Positions 7,389 to 15,560 are shown, numbered from the stretch's first letter. The stretch is 24,688 nt of DNA from a virus (IMGVR_UViG_3300031841_002857:1-24688), one strand, 5' to 3'. The notes: generated from the sequence alone by a model not told the origin. Program-made: numbers and translations.

Positions 7389-7958
7389 TTATATATCTAA
7401 ATTTGGCTCATACAATTCCTCAAGGTCCTCATTCCTCCTTGGCAGCCTATCAAAACTCTTTGTACAATAAAACATTTTCTTGATCGTTCCCTTATAAAAG
7501 AAAGATGGATTCACCATATATATCCTCCTGTTCTTCTCCATCTCAAAACGAATAACATCATTGGCGCACAACTCCGATATGCTCGAAATCACATATCTCA
7601 TGTTCATGCCAGTAGCCTGCTGCAGATCCCTAAGGCTATAGTTCCGTAACACATTCCCATAGTTCATGCATTTTACCATTAGCCTAAGTATCTTATTACT
7701 AGAGGGTTTGATGTCATTAAGTAAATCTATAGTTTCATTAAAAGATATCATGTACCTCATTTTCCGCCTCTTAAGTAAATTGTCAATTAAGACAGTTACC
7801 TCAGCATCATATGGCTCCGCAATAGGAACCAGCTCCCCACTGTAATCCTTGTAATACAACTCTAAGTTTTTTTGATTGTGAGCAATAACCCTATCTGCCT
7901 CCAGCAGTATCAAATCATATACAATGTTATTTACTCTTTTTTTTATCAGATCGCTCAT
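7389..7958 (-). CDS. RepL-like (plasmid replication/maintenance family) winged-helix DNA-binding protein
   Basis: HTH segment SLRDLQQATGMNMRYVISSISELCANDVI followed by the wing signature IYMVNPSFFYKG. Confidence 0.7.
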   Translation of the reverse strand: MSDLIKKRVNNIVYDLILLEADRVIAHNQKNLELYYKDYSGELVPIAEPYDAEVTVLIDNLLKRRKMRYMISFNETIDLLNDIKPSSNKILRLMVKCMNYGNVLRNYSLRDLQQATGMNMRYVISSISELCANDVIRFEMEKNRRIYMVNPSFFYKGTIKKMFYCTKSFDRLPRRNEDLEELYEPNLDI

Positions 7959-8244
7959 TGATTAAATTTTGCACGTTTAACTTTATTTTTTTTAATTGCG
8001 CCAGATTCTCCTTGTGGCGAGCGTGCTCATAAAATATCAATCCATTCAATGCTTTAGAAAATTCCCATAAACTTAAATCACCCTTCATCTTATTACAGTC
8101 CCCACAAGACGGAACCTTGTTCTTATTACTCAACTTACCACCCCTGCTCTTAGGATATAAATGATCTATAGTTCTAGAGTATTCATCTAAAGTCTTCTTG
8201 CAATAAGCACACACATTTAAATCAACACCACTCTTTGTAATCAT
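7927..8244 (-). CDS. HNH endonuclease
   Basis: CAYC...TIDHLYPKSRGG...NKVPSCGDCNKMKG. Confidence 0.92.
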   Translation of the reverse strand: MITKSGVDLNVCAYCKKTLDEYSRTIDHLYPKSRGGKLSNKNKVPSCGDCNKMKGDLSLWEFSKALNGLIFYEHARHKENLAQLKKIKLNVQNLINERSDKKKSK

Positions 8245-8251
8245 AGCTAAG

Positions 8252-8259
8252 CAAAGATA
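8252..8259 (-). promoter_or_regulatory. -7 promoter element TATCTTTG for HNH/RepL
   Basis: TAnnTTTG 7 nt upstream of the HNH ATG. Confidence 0.7.
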
Positions 8260-8572
8260 TATATTATTTTTCTGCTACCACTAATGTAATACAAAAAGTT
8301 ACCACAAACGTAAACAAGAAACCTAGGCCCAGTAAGGCTTTCAGAGAAAAATCCTTTATACTGTTTATCTCTAAAGATGCTAATAGAATATCATTGATGC
8401 CTTGAAACATTATAAATCTTTGAATGTAATGATAAGATTTGTTGTGTCCGAAAGGATCGGCATGTCCTTATATCCCCATGTCAGAACCCTAACTAGTACT
8501 ACTATCCCTATACCTTATTTAAACCATTACTTTAAGTAACTCTAGTTAAGTATTGGTGTTCCAGAAAAAAAC

Positions 8573-8620
8573 CATCTCTATTTTTGTGGGTCTCTATTTT
8601 TCATCTCTATTTTTGTGGGT
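8573..8620. repeat. Direct repeats: 2 x 19 bp CATCTCTATTTTTGTGGGT, with 3 x TCTCTATTTTT core
   Basis: Exact copies at 8573-8591 and 8602-8620, with a third core copy at 8591-8601. Confidence 0.9.
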
Positions 8621-8694
8621 AATATACATATACATACGTCCCGTGCGCGTGTAGGGGAAAACGCAAAGTCAATTTCAGTCATGTCTAGTCTATC

Positions 8695-9102
8695 TAACTA
8701 TCTTTATTTCAGCCGTTTACATTGGTTACTTAAACCTTTACTTCATGTATAAACTGCCCTTATACACTATCATGTACTAATATAGCTTACTAAAAATCAG
8801 TTAGTTAAACTATTTCATAGGAAAATTTACTTTAAATAGATCTATCTAACTTGTTTAAATCCAGGATAATAACATTATTTACTTAAAGCTTTACTTTAGC
8901 TGGAATATAATAAACTATTGACTCTTAATACGTTTATATTTGTTACTTGGGAAAATATACAAAGCTTTTTTAATCCCATTTTTTGGTCATTTGTGCCAAC
9001 TTTTATTCCGTTTTTTTGGTGCTTTTTTCGTTATTTTTGGGCAATTTCCAGAATTTTATCAATTTTTTTTCGTGTTATAAATCATTGATTATCAGTGAGT
9101 TA
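8695..9102. promoter_or_regulatory. Dispersed 25 bp imperfect palindromes containing IHF-like WATCARnnnnTTR sites
   Basis: 8695-8719 TAACTATCTTTATTTCAGCCGTTTA, 8783-8807 TAGCTTACTAAAAATCAGTTAGTTA and 9078-9102 TAAATCATTGATTATCAGTGAGTTA. Degenerate copy at 8847-8871. Confidence 0.55.
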
Positions 9103-9122
9103 TACATTATTTTAAAATTTTA

Positions 9123-9155
9123 TTTGCATTATTCAAAAAAGTTTTACTATATTTG
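9123..9155 (+). promoter_or_regulatory. Complete Bacteroidetes housekeeping-sigma promoter (early)
   Basis: TTTG (9123-9126), 21 nt spacer, TATATTTG (9148-9155), matching TTTG-N19-21-TAnnTTTG. Confidence 0.85.
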
Positions 9156-9229
9156 TTGCAATTCTTGTTCGTTCCTATACTATATAAAGGTTAAAGTATA
9201 AAGGGGCGAACTATATATAAAAATTAGAT

Positions 9230-9520
9230 ATGAGAAAACGCACACGAAACACGATTCAAAACGTTACAATTGTAACACGTAACGAAGACGGCAATTTAAA
9301 ACAAGTTCATGAGAACGGATTTACAACGATTCATAAAGGGGGTTTAGTTCAAAAGACTTCTTTAAATATGGATTTGAAATGTAAAACTAACAAAGCCAAT
9401 AAAGAAATTAGAACGCGTTTAAATATCGAGAATCAAATTAACGGAATTTCAAAACGTGTTGAAATTTCAAAAATGACTAATAAACAAAGACGCAAATATT
9501 ATGCGCAATTAAATAAGTAA
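9230..9520 (+). CDS. Early hypothetical basic protein (96 aa)
   Basis: First ORF after the early promoter, A-rich start context. Confidence 0.75.
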   Translation: MRKRTRNTIQNVTIVTRNEDGNLKQVHENGFTTIHKGGLVQKTSLNMDLKCKTNKANKEIRTRLNIENQINGISKRVEISKMTNKQRRKYYAQLNK

Positions 9521-9546
9521 TAATTAATAATTTAAATTTAAAAATC

Positions 9547-9984
9547 ATGAAAATTTCTGTAATTTTTAACAATGAAAAACAAAGCTTGACTACTAACTCG
9601 CAAAGCTTTAAGAAAAACCAATCAAGCGAATCAATCGCGTATCAATTAACCTACGCAATCGCCGAAGCTAGAGCTTTAATGCTTACCAATGGGGGACGAA
9701 TGAAAAACGGCTTCAACTTTTCAAGACGTTTTGAAATTCAACTCGATATAGACGGCAAAATTCAAACACTACCTAACAGCGATTTTGTTGATTATTCCAA
9801 GACGTTCAGAGCAACGGAGCGCAAAGATAAAAACGGAAACGTGAAGCAAACATCTAAACAATGTTTTGAGAAATGTGCGAACGGAATCTACAAAGACATA
9901 TTCGTAATCATTGAAAAGTCTTTGAATAGGTCTAAAGGTTTGAGCATTGAGTCAGTAACTGACAACGTAAAGTTTTTGAATTAA
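9547..9984 (+). CDS. Early hypothetical protein (145 aa)
   Basis: ORF track, followed by a terminator. Confidence 0.8.
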   Translation: MKISVIFNNEKQSLTTNSQSFKKNQSSESIAYQLTYAIAEARALMLTNGGRMKNGFNFSRRFEIQLDIDGKIQTLPNSDFVDYSKTFRATERKDKNGNVKQTSKQCFEKCANGIYKDIFVIIEKSLNRSKGLSIESVTDNVKFLN

Positions 9985-10007
9985 GATAGCACACACCAAA
10001 TAAATTG

Positions 10008-10033
10008 AGGGGAGTTTTTGCTCCCCTTTTTTT
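10008..10033 (+). terminator. Rho-independent terminator
   Basis: AGGGGAG-TTTTTG-CTCCCCT followed by a T tract. Confidence 0.85.
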
Positions 10034-10076
10034 ATGGGCGACACTATCACAAATAGATGTAACAAAGGGTACGAAA

Positions 10077-10331
10077 ATGAAAAAGAACACACTTACAAAA
10101 TTTGTCGTAACGTATGAAAGCAAACGCACGGCAAACAGAACAAGCATAGTAAAGGCAAGTGGACCAATCTCAATAGATCGGTTCGTTCCTATATCAAAGC
10201 TTAAGAGAATGTATAAAGACATACATGAAGTAATTTATTTAGAGTTAAAAACAGATGGAGAAGAAATACCTACGCACGTATACACAAGCAAGGTAAATGA
10301 TTGTCCAAGTAAAAGTAAAGGAGGGAAATAA
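10077..10331 (+). CDS. Hypothetical protein (84 aa)
   Basis: Start moved to ATG 10077 (MKKNTLTK) because the longer TTG start runs through the terminator. Confidence 0.65.
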   Translation: MKKNTLTKFVVTYESKRTANRTSIVKASGPISIDRFVPISKLKRMYKDIHEVIYLELKTDGEEIPTHVYTSKVNDCPSKSKGGK

Positions 10332-10332
10332 A

Positions 10333-10518
10333 ATGAAACAATTTATGTATCTATTTACGGCAATGATATTAACTATCGTTGCAACATTAATACCAAAAGA
10401 AGAAAAAGCACTAACGATATTGTGCATAGTATTAATAGGAGTATTTGTAGTTCTCCATACAATAAAGACAACCAAGATACGAAAACAACTAAACGAAATG
10501 GAAGATGACAACGTTTAA
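10333..10518 (+). CDS. Small membrane protein, two predicted TM helices (61 aa)
   Basis: MKQFMYLFTAMILTIVATLIP...LTILCIVLIGVFVVL. Confidence 0.7.
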   Translation: MKQFMYLFTAMILTIVATLIPKEEKALTILCIVLIGVFVVLHTIKTTKIRKQLNEMEDDNV

Positions 10519-10720
10519 TCTATACAAATACAATGTAGTAGTTCGCTGGAAATACGACAACGAATACGAAACAATAGTACTGCATTCAATACAAGAGTAT
10601 AAAAGCATTGAAGAGTTATCCTTTATGAACTATAACGGGCAAAGGGTAATACTTGGGTTTGAACTAATCGAGCCAACACTTAGAAAAGTAATAAATGAAA
10701 ACCATTTAAATTGGAACTAA
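10505..10720 (+). CDS. Hypothetical protein (71 aa)
   Basis: ORF track, overlapping operon packing. Confidence 0.65.
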   Translation: MTTFNLYKYNVVVRWKYDNEYETIVLHSIQEYKSIEELSFMNYNGQRVILGFELIEPTLRKVINENHLNWN

Positions 10721-10935
10721 TGTTTATAGAAAGTACAACAGATACGACAAGAAAAGTATTACACAGAGAACTTGTCAATGCCTGGCACAGGATGAACAAT
10801 GCAAAAGATAGAGGAGATAAGGAAGGAGAGAAGATAGCTCGACATACGTGGGGCGTACTGCATAACATCTGCCGAGACTTAAACATAGAAGCAAGTATAA
10901 CTAAATTAGAAATCAGCCACGAAGCAGGGGCATAA
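10720..10935 (+). CDS. Hypothetical protein (71 aa)
   Basis: TAATG coupling gives start MFIESTT. Confidence 0.65.
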   Translation: MFIESTTDTTRKVLHRELVNAWHRMNNAKDRGDKEGEKIARHTWGVLHNICRDLNIEASITKLEISHEAGA

Positions 10936-10948
10936 ATTACTATCACGA

Positions 10949-11104
10949 ATGAAACAATATAAGTTTACAGGATTCGCACACGATAAAAGCGTAATTGACT
11001 ACGCCATAATAAATGCATACAGCTACAAAGAAGCATTGCAACACGCAAGATTCTTCATTGGATTTAGTATAGTAAAAAGTTACACCTTAAAAATGGTAAG
11101 ATGA
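10949..11104 (+). CDS. Small hypothetical protein (51 aa)
   Basis: Read by hand: MKQYKFTGFAHDKSVIDYAIINAYSYKEALQHARFFIGFSIVKSYTLKMVR. ATGA overlap with the next gene. Confidence 0.65.
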   Translation: MKQYKFTGFAHDKSVIDYAIINAYSYKEALQHARFFIGFSIVKSYTLKMVR

Positions 11105-11772
11105 AAACAAAACAGTTAATCTACGAAATGCTAACCGAGAACACAGGCAGACATATGCTTGACTCAGGTGGAGCGTATGGTCGTAATTGGGAGCGCAACC
11201 AAAAGAAAACAATCGAGGACTTTGAGAATGAAGAAGAGGAGACATTTACTTTCGATGGCGATTACATTGAGAGAACGGTATCCGTATTCCATTACCTCAG
11301 CCAATTGGAGTTAGACGATATATGCGAAGAGTTCAATAGCTTAAACACCAATCCAGACGATTGGGAAGGAGATATACATGGCAAAGATTCGGTATATGGG
11401 GTGAGCAGACAAGCAGCTGAATACTTGAACGAAAACTTCGAGGTAGAGGTAGATAGAACGTGGAACACATACAATGGAGAGTCAGACCTATCTCAAATCT
11501 TACAGGGAAGTAACCTAACGATATTTGATGAACACTACATCTTAATTCAGATACATGGAGGATGTGATGCGAGGGGAGGTTACACCGATGCGAAGTTATT
11601 TAAGTTACAGGATGAATACTATATCCATGAGTACCTGCAAGAGTTAAAGTATCAAGACGAGATAATTGAGGAGTTGGAGCATTGGGATGAAGATGAAATC
11701 ATCAAGCACCCATACAAAGACAAAGAGTATAAAGTAAAAGAAGTATTACAAATTCTAAATCAAGAAGCATGA
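11101..11772 (+). CDS. Conserved acidic phage protein of unknown function (223 aa)
   Basis: Motif-like blocks MLTENTGRHMLDSGGAYGRNWERNQ, NTYNGESDLSQILQ and IHGGCDARGGYT. Confidence 0.85.
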   Translation: MKTKQLIYEMLTENTGRHMLDSGGAYGRNWERNQKKTIEDFENEEEETFTFDGDYIERTVSVFHYLSQLELDDICEEFNSLNTNPDDWEGDIHGKDSVYGVSRQAAEYLNENFEVEVDRTWNTYNGESDLSQILQGSNLTIFDEHYILIQIHGGCDARGGYTDAKLFKLQDEYYIHEYLQELKYQDEIIEELEHWDEDEIIKHPYKDKEYKVKEVLQILNQEA

Positions 11773-11981
11773 CAAAGAAAGAAAGAGCAATCATCATTGA
11801 TTTCGCAGATGACCTGTGGGATAAAGTGGAGCAGTATGAACAATACTTAAAAGAATTATTAGGTAAAGAAGAAACAAAAAAAGAACTATTAGAAGCTATT
11901 GAATGGCTAGCTAACAACTATAAAACCAGATGGGTTGCAGTAAATGATCTACAACACAAGCTAAAAGTATACAGGAAATGA
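11769..11981 (+). CDS. Hypothetical protein (70 aa)
   Basis: ATGA coupling on both sides. Confidence 0.7.
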   Translation: MTKKERAIIIDFADDLWDKVEQYEQYLKELLGKEETKKELLEAIEWLANNYKTRWVAVNDLQHKLKVYRK

Positions 11982-12238
11982 GAAAGAAAAGTATAAAAAC
12001 CAATGAAGACTTAGTAAGGGACTTAATGAATTACTCACCTTACGGAGCACTATGTCAACCATTCATCATACAAGCAATACGAGAGTATGCAAAGGAAGTA
12101 GTAGACGATGAAGAAAACCTACTAAAGAAAGAGAAAGAAGACGAATCAAATGGTAGAATATCAATCATATCTACAAGTGCATGGATAGGCATAGCCAAAG
12201 ATATCATAGAAAGAATGGATAAATTTTACGAAAGATGA
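11978..12238 (+). CDS. Hypothetical protein (86 aa)
   Basis: ATGA coupling, contains LMNYSPYGALCQPFIIQAI. Confidence 0.75.
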   Translation: MRKKSIKTNEDLVRDLMNYSPYGALCQPFIIQAIREYAKEVVDDEENLLKKEKEDESNGRISIISTSAWIGIAKDIIERMDKFYER

Positions 12239-12396
12239 GTGAAGAAGAATTAAATCAGTATGCTAATTGGTTGTTACAAGAGTGTAATAGTCCAGTAAGT
12301 GAAATAGAATGGTTAGTTTCACAATTGCCACCAAATATTCAGAATGAAATTAGAGATAATGTATTAAAGTTTTTAGACCAAAACAAAGATGAGTAA
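12235..12396 (+). CDS. Small hypothetical protein (53 aa)
   Basis: Read by hand: MSEEELNQYANWLLQECNSPVSEIEWLVSQLPPNIQNEIRDNVLKFLDQNKDE. It fills the gap exactly. Confidence 0.7.
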   Translation: MSEEELNQYANWLLQECNSPVSEIEWLVSQLPPNIQNEIRDNVLKFLDQNKDE

Positions 12397-13102
12397 AATA
12401 AAATTACTGAGTCATGGTAGCACCAACTATAAGACTGCCAAGAATCAACACATTACAGAGTCTTACATATTGTACCTTAGCCCATACAAACAAAACAGCT
12501 TCGGCAAAAATGTATGTGGCAACGCTACAAAAGGATGCATAGAGTCCTGCTTGTATACTGCAGGTAGGGGCGCATTCTCAAATGTACAAAAGGCTAGGCA
12601 AAGAAGGACAGACTTCTTCTTTAGTGACATGCCAGGATTCCTTACACAACTATACAAGGAACTATACCTTATCAATGCAGAGGCAATGCTTGAGAACCGA
12701 GCAGTAGCCATACGGCTAAACGGAACGTCTGACCTAGACTTCTTCTCCTTGTTTAACATTAAGGATATTACAACTGATTCACTGTCACGCTTTTCCAACC
12801 TCGTGTTCTACGATTACACAAAGAATCTAAAACGTGCGTTAAAATATCTAGGCACGAACTACCATCTCACATTATCAAAGTCAGAATCAAACAAAGAAGA
12901 GTGTGTAGAATACCTAAAACAGGGTGGTAATGTGGCAATGGTATTCGATAAAATACCCGATATGTGGTGGGGATATGAAGTAGTAAACGGAGATGAAAGT
13001 GATCTACGATATATGGATAGACAAAACGTCATCATAGGATTAAAAGCAAAAGGTAAGGCTAGAAAAGATACCTCAGGATTCGTAATTAAAACATATGAGT
13101 AA
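12389..13102 (+). CDS. Gene product 88 (GP88)-like protein with Cys triad
   Basis: C-x6-C-x3-C (CGNATKGCIESCLYTAGRG), IRLNGTSDL, FYDYTK, YHLTLS, GDESDLR and GLKAKGKA. Confidence 0.8.
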   Translation: MSKIKLLSHGSTNYKTAKNQHITESYILYLSPYKQNSFGKNVCGNATKGCIESCLYTAGRGAFSNVQKARQRRTDFFFSDMPGFLTQLYKELYLINAEAMLENRAVAIRLNGTSDLDFFSLFNIKDITTDSLSRFSNLVFYDYTKNLKRALKYLGTNYHLTLSKSESNKEECVEYLKQGGNVAMVFDKIPDMWWGYEVVNGDESDLRYMDRQNVIIGLKAKGKARKDTSGFVIKTYE

Positions 13103-13653
13103 TGGCAAATAATTGTTACAACCATGCAACAGTGTATGGTAAAAAAGAAGTGTTAGACGAGATAGAAGAAAAGTTTAACAAATACACGGACTACGATTAC
13201 CTAGTCCTTTGGGGAGACATGGTACTCAATAAGGAAGTAGAGAGAAATATTAAAGATGATTACTACTACTATGACACTAGGTGGTGGGACTTTGATATAC
13301 AAAGATACGATGACAGCATGATGATTTCAGGAGATAGTGCATGGGGTCCACCACTAAAACTACTTCAAGAACTAACAGAAGTATACGATGTAGTAGTAGA
13401 AGGAAGCTATGACGAACCAGGCATGGACATAGCAGGTGAGTTCAAGTGTGAGAAAGGAGAAATAGAAGACATCGAAATGACTTGTTGGGAATTGAAATTA
13501 AAAGACGATAGACAATATGCAATCGAATGCTTACTAGAAGACCTTGAGTGTTTTGATTGGGAATTCGATACAAAAGACTATCCAGGACTAACAGGTAAAG
13601 AGATTGAATACATAGAAGAACAAATAAAAATAAGTAAAGATGAACGACTATAA
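13102..13653 (+). CDS. YubB/Api92-like ferredoxin-fold (DUF1281-related) acidic protein
   Basis: MANNCYN start, TRWWD, DSAWGPP and YDEPGMDIAG motifs. Confidence 0.75.
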   Translation: MANNCYNHATVYGKKEVLDEIEEKFNKYTDYDYLVLWGDMVLNKEVERNIKDDYYYYDTRWWDFDIQRYDDSMMISGDSAWGPPLKLLQELTEVYDVVVEGSYDEPGMDIAGEFKCEKGEIEDIEMTCWELKLKDDRQYAIECLLEDLECFDWEFDTKDYPGLTGKEIEYIEEQIKISKDERL

Positions 13654-13813
13654 AGCAGTAGGTCTAGCGGAAGGCTGGATACACACAAACGATGAAGATG
13701 AAATAATAGATGCATGGCAGTACTTACATGACACAGGGTTAGCATACAAGCTACAAGGATGGTTCGGAAGGACTGCAAAGAATTTATTAGAACAAGGAAT
13801 AATAACCAATTAA
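13640..13813 (+). CDS. Small conserved phage protein (57 aa)
   Basis: Read by hand: MNDYKAVGLAEGWIHTNDEDEIIDAWQYLHDTGLAYKLQGWFGRTAKNLLEQGIITN. The AWQYL.DTG.A..LQGWFGRTA pattern recurs in phages. Confidence 0.8.
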   Translation: MNDYKAVGLAEGWIHTNDEDEIIDAWQYLHDTGLAYKLQGWFGRTAKNLLEQGIITN

Positions 13814-13823
13814 AAAAATAGAT

Positions 13824-14135
13824 ATGTCAAAGTACAAAGAATTAAGATTAAACCCACCAAAACTAAATATAAAGAAAGGTGCAAGAGAAGTGATATTCAC
13901 AACGATATCAGTTATGTGTGACAACAAGCACACCATAAGTTTTAGAAAGAATGACAACGGTGATTTTAAAATGAGTGGAATGGGATACGCCCTATCTAAT
14001 TGGCAGTTTGGATATAGAGAGGGTGGAATTGAACCATATCAAATAGAATGGGAAGCAGACAATGAGAATTGGGTTGACGTAATAGATATGATAAACTCAG
14101 GAACAGAAGTAATTAAAGGAGTAGTAAGCAGATAA
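13824..14135 (+). CDS. Hypothetical protein (103 aa)
   Basis: ORF track, operon packing. Confidence 0.75.
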   Translation: MSKYKELRLNPPKLNIKKGAREVIFTTISVMCDNKHTISFRKNDNGDFKMSGMGYALSNWQFGYREGGIEPYQIEWEADNENWVDVIDMINSGTEVIKGVVSR

Positions 14136-14145
14136 ATAAATAGTT

Positions 14146-14403
14146 ATGAACACTAAAGACAAAAACGGATACAAAACAGAATGGTCCGTAAAAATAGGTA
14201 AGAGACTAAAAGGAAGAAAGATAGTTAATGTTAGATGGATGGATGACCAAGAAGTAGAGGATATGGGTTGGTATGGATCAGCAGTAGTAATAGAACTAGA
14301 CGATGGGACATTACTGTTTCCTTCTCGAGACGATGAAGGTAACGATGCTGGGTCATTGTTCGGAGCCAAAGGAGATGAATTCTTTGTAGTACCTGTGATA
14401 TGA
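14146..14403 (+). CDS. Conserved hypothetical phage protein (85 aa)
   Basis: LKGRKIVNVRWM...LDDGTLLFPSRDDEGNDAGSLF. Confidence 0.8.
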   Translation: MNTKDKNGYKTEWSVKIGKRLKGRKIVNVRWMDDQEVEDMGWYGSAVVIELDDGTLLFPSRDDEGNDAGSLFGAKGDEFFVVPVI

Positions 14404-14780
14404 AAAGAAAGTATAAGATAAGGTATCACCTCGGAGCAGGTGAGAACTACATGAAGTGGAGAGTTGAAGACACAACCTCCAAAGAAGTAAAGTTTTTAGA
14501 CACTGAAGACTTTGAAATGTCATTGAAAAATGCTAAATTGTATAACCAAAAAGGAGCAGCAGAGAAGATATACAATGGCTCAAGCAAGACCGTTTGTGCA
14601 TGGATAATGGCTGAAGAAATATTTCCAAACCCCGACTATATGTTTGTAGCATTCGATAAGATTATATCTTATAATCCACGAGTTGCTCCACACTGGCGAG
14701 ACCATAACGGTAAGAACGTAGACAAGCAGGAGTTTGAAGAGATATACATAGATAAAAAAGAAATATTCACATTAAAATAA
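14400..14780 (+). CDS. Conserved hypothetical phage protein (126 aa)
   Basis: YHLGAGENYMKW...KTVCAWI...SYNPRVAPHW, ATGA coupling. Confidence 0.8.
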   Translation: MKRKYKIRYHLGAGENYMKWRVEDTTSKEVKFLDTEDFEMSLKNAKLYNQKGAAEKIYNGSSKTVCAWIMAEEIFPNPDYMFVAFDKIISYNPRVAPHWRDHNGKNVDKQEFEEIYIDKKEIFTLK

Positions 14781-15163
14781 ACAACATGGGATTCTTTAGT
14801 TGGAAAACAACGGACACAAAAAGAAGCATATGTAATGCGTTTTCAGGTAAGAGAACATTTACAGTTTATATGACATCCTCTGATGGCACAACGTATATAG
14901 AGGATAAATATCAAGGATACGGAAAGTTTGATGGTAAAGACTTTCATGTACTACTTGCCGAAATGAATAAAGATATTATAAACAATGTCGATGGCAAGGA
15001 ACTTAGAGATAAAGGTATAGAATTATATTTTGGAGACTATAAGAATGTAAAGTTTCCATTATTAACTGAAAACAAACCTAAAGAGTATAAGAACATAAAG
15101 CCTAAGGATTGTAAGTATCAAGGGTATTTTTATAACTGGTAAATAAACAACATGGGATTTTTT
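14775..15163 (+). repeat. 19 bp direct repeat AAATAAACAACATGGGATT at two successive gene starts
   Basis: Exact at 14775-14793 and 15141-15159, extending to 23 bp with one mismatch. Confidence 0.85.
14786..15142 (+). CDS. Conserved hypothetical phage protein (MGFFSW family, 118 aa)
   Basis: MGFFSWKTTDT...YQGYGKFDGKDF...QGYFY. Confidence 0.8.
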   Translation: MGFFSWKTTDTKRSICNAFSGKRTFTVYMTSSDGTTYIEDKYQGYGKFDGKDFHVLLAEMNKDIINNVDGKELRDKGIELYFGDYKNVKFPLLTENKPKEYKNIKPKDCKYQGYFYNW

Positions 15164-15313
15164 CAAGAAAACTACGAAAGAAAATCAAAAGAGGTTTTCA
15201 ACATGTCCTATAAAAAACTATCGGACAACCAAAAGAAACAAGTTAAAGATGAGGTACATAAAACATTATCTGATCTACTTAATTTCACAGAACAAGTATT
15301 TAAAATAAAGTAA
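15152..15313 (+). CDS. Small hypothetical protein (53 aa)
   Basis: Read by hand: MGFFQENYERKSKEVFNMSYKKLSDNQKKQVKDEVHKTLSDLLNFTEQVFKIK. Confidence 0.7.
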   Translation: MGFFQENYERKSKEVFNMSYKKLSDNQKKQVKDEVHKTLSDLLNFTEQVFKIK

Positions 15314-15314
15314 C

Positions 15315-15560
15315 ATGAAAGAAGAAATTGAATACTTCATCGGTATGATGGAAAGCGCATACACGTATGGCAACATGGAGAAAGACTCATATGCTTTCAA
15401 GAAATACCTTCTTCCGTATAAGGAGAGGCTTGGAGATAGATTGTTCAATGCATTATACGATGCATACTATAAAGAACTTAGAGATAACTATGAAGTGATA
15501 TATAACGTAGGCACTGATTCAGAAGGAGGAACTTATAATAGTTTAAAAAGAAAGTCATGA
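15315..15560 (+). CDS. Hypothetical protein (81 aa)
   Basis: ORF track, ATGA coupling downstream. Confidence 0.75.
   Translation: MKEEIEYFIGMMESAYTYGNMEKDSYAFKKYLLPYKERLGDRLFNALYDAYYKELRDNYEVIYNVGTDSEGGTYNSLKRKS

Noticed and set aside
8380-8560. Scattered short hairpins (TCC-GAAA-GGA, TAACT-CT-AGTTA) as a further ncRNA
   Set aside because: The helices are short and AT-rich, with no promoter or terminator bounding them.
8573-8620. Mini CRISPR array
   Set aside because: Only two 19 bp units, separated by 10 nt that is itself repeat core, with no spacers. The exonuclease at 3116 is a generic phage PD-(D/E)XK enzyme.
8983-9201. 72 aa hydrophobic ORF
   Set aside because: T-tract artefact with a TTG start, spanning the early promoter.
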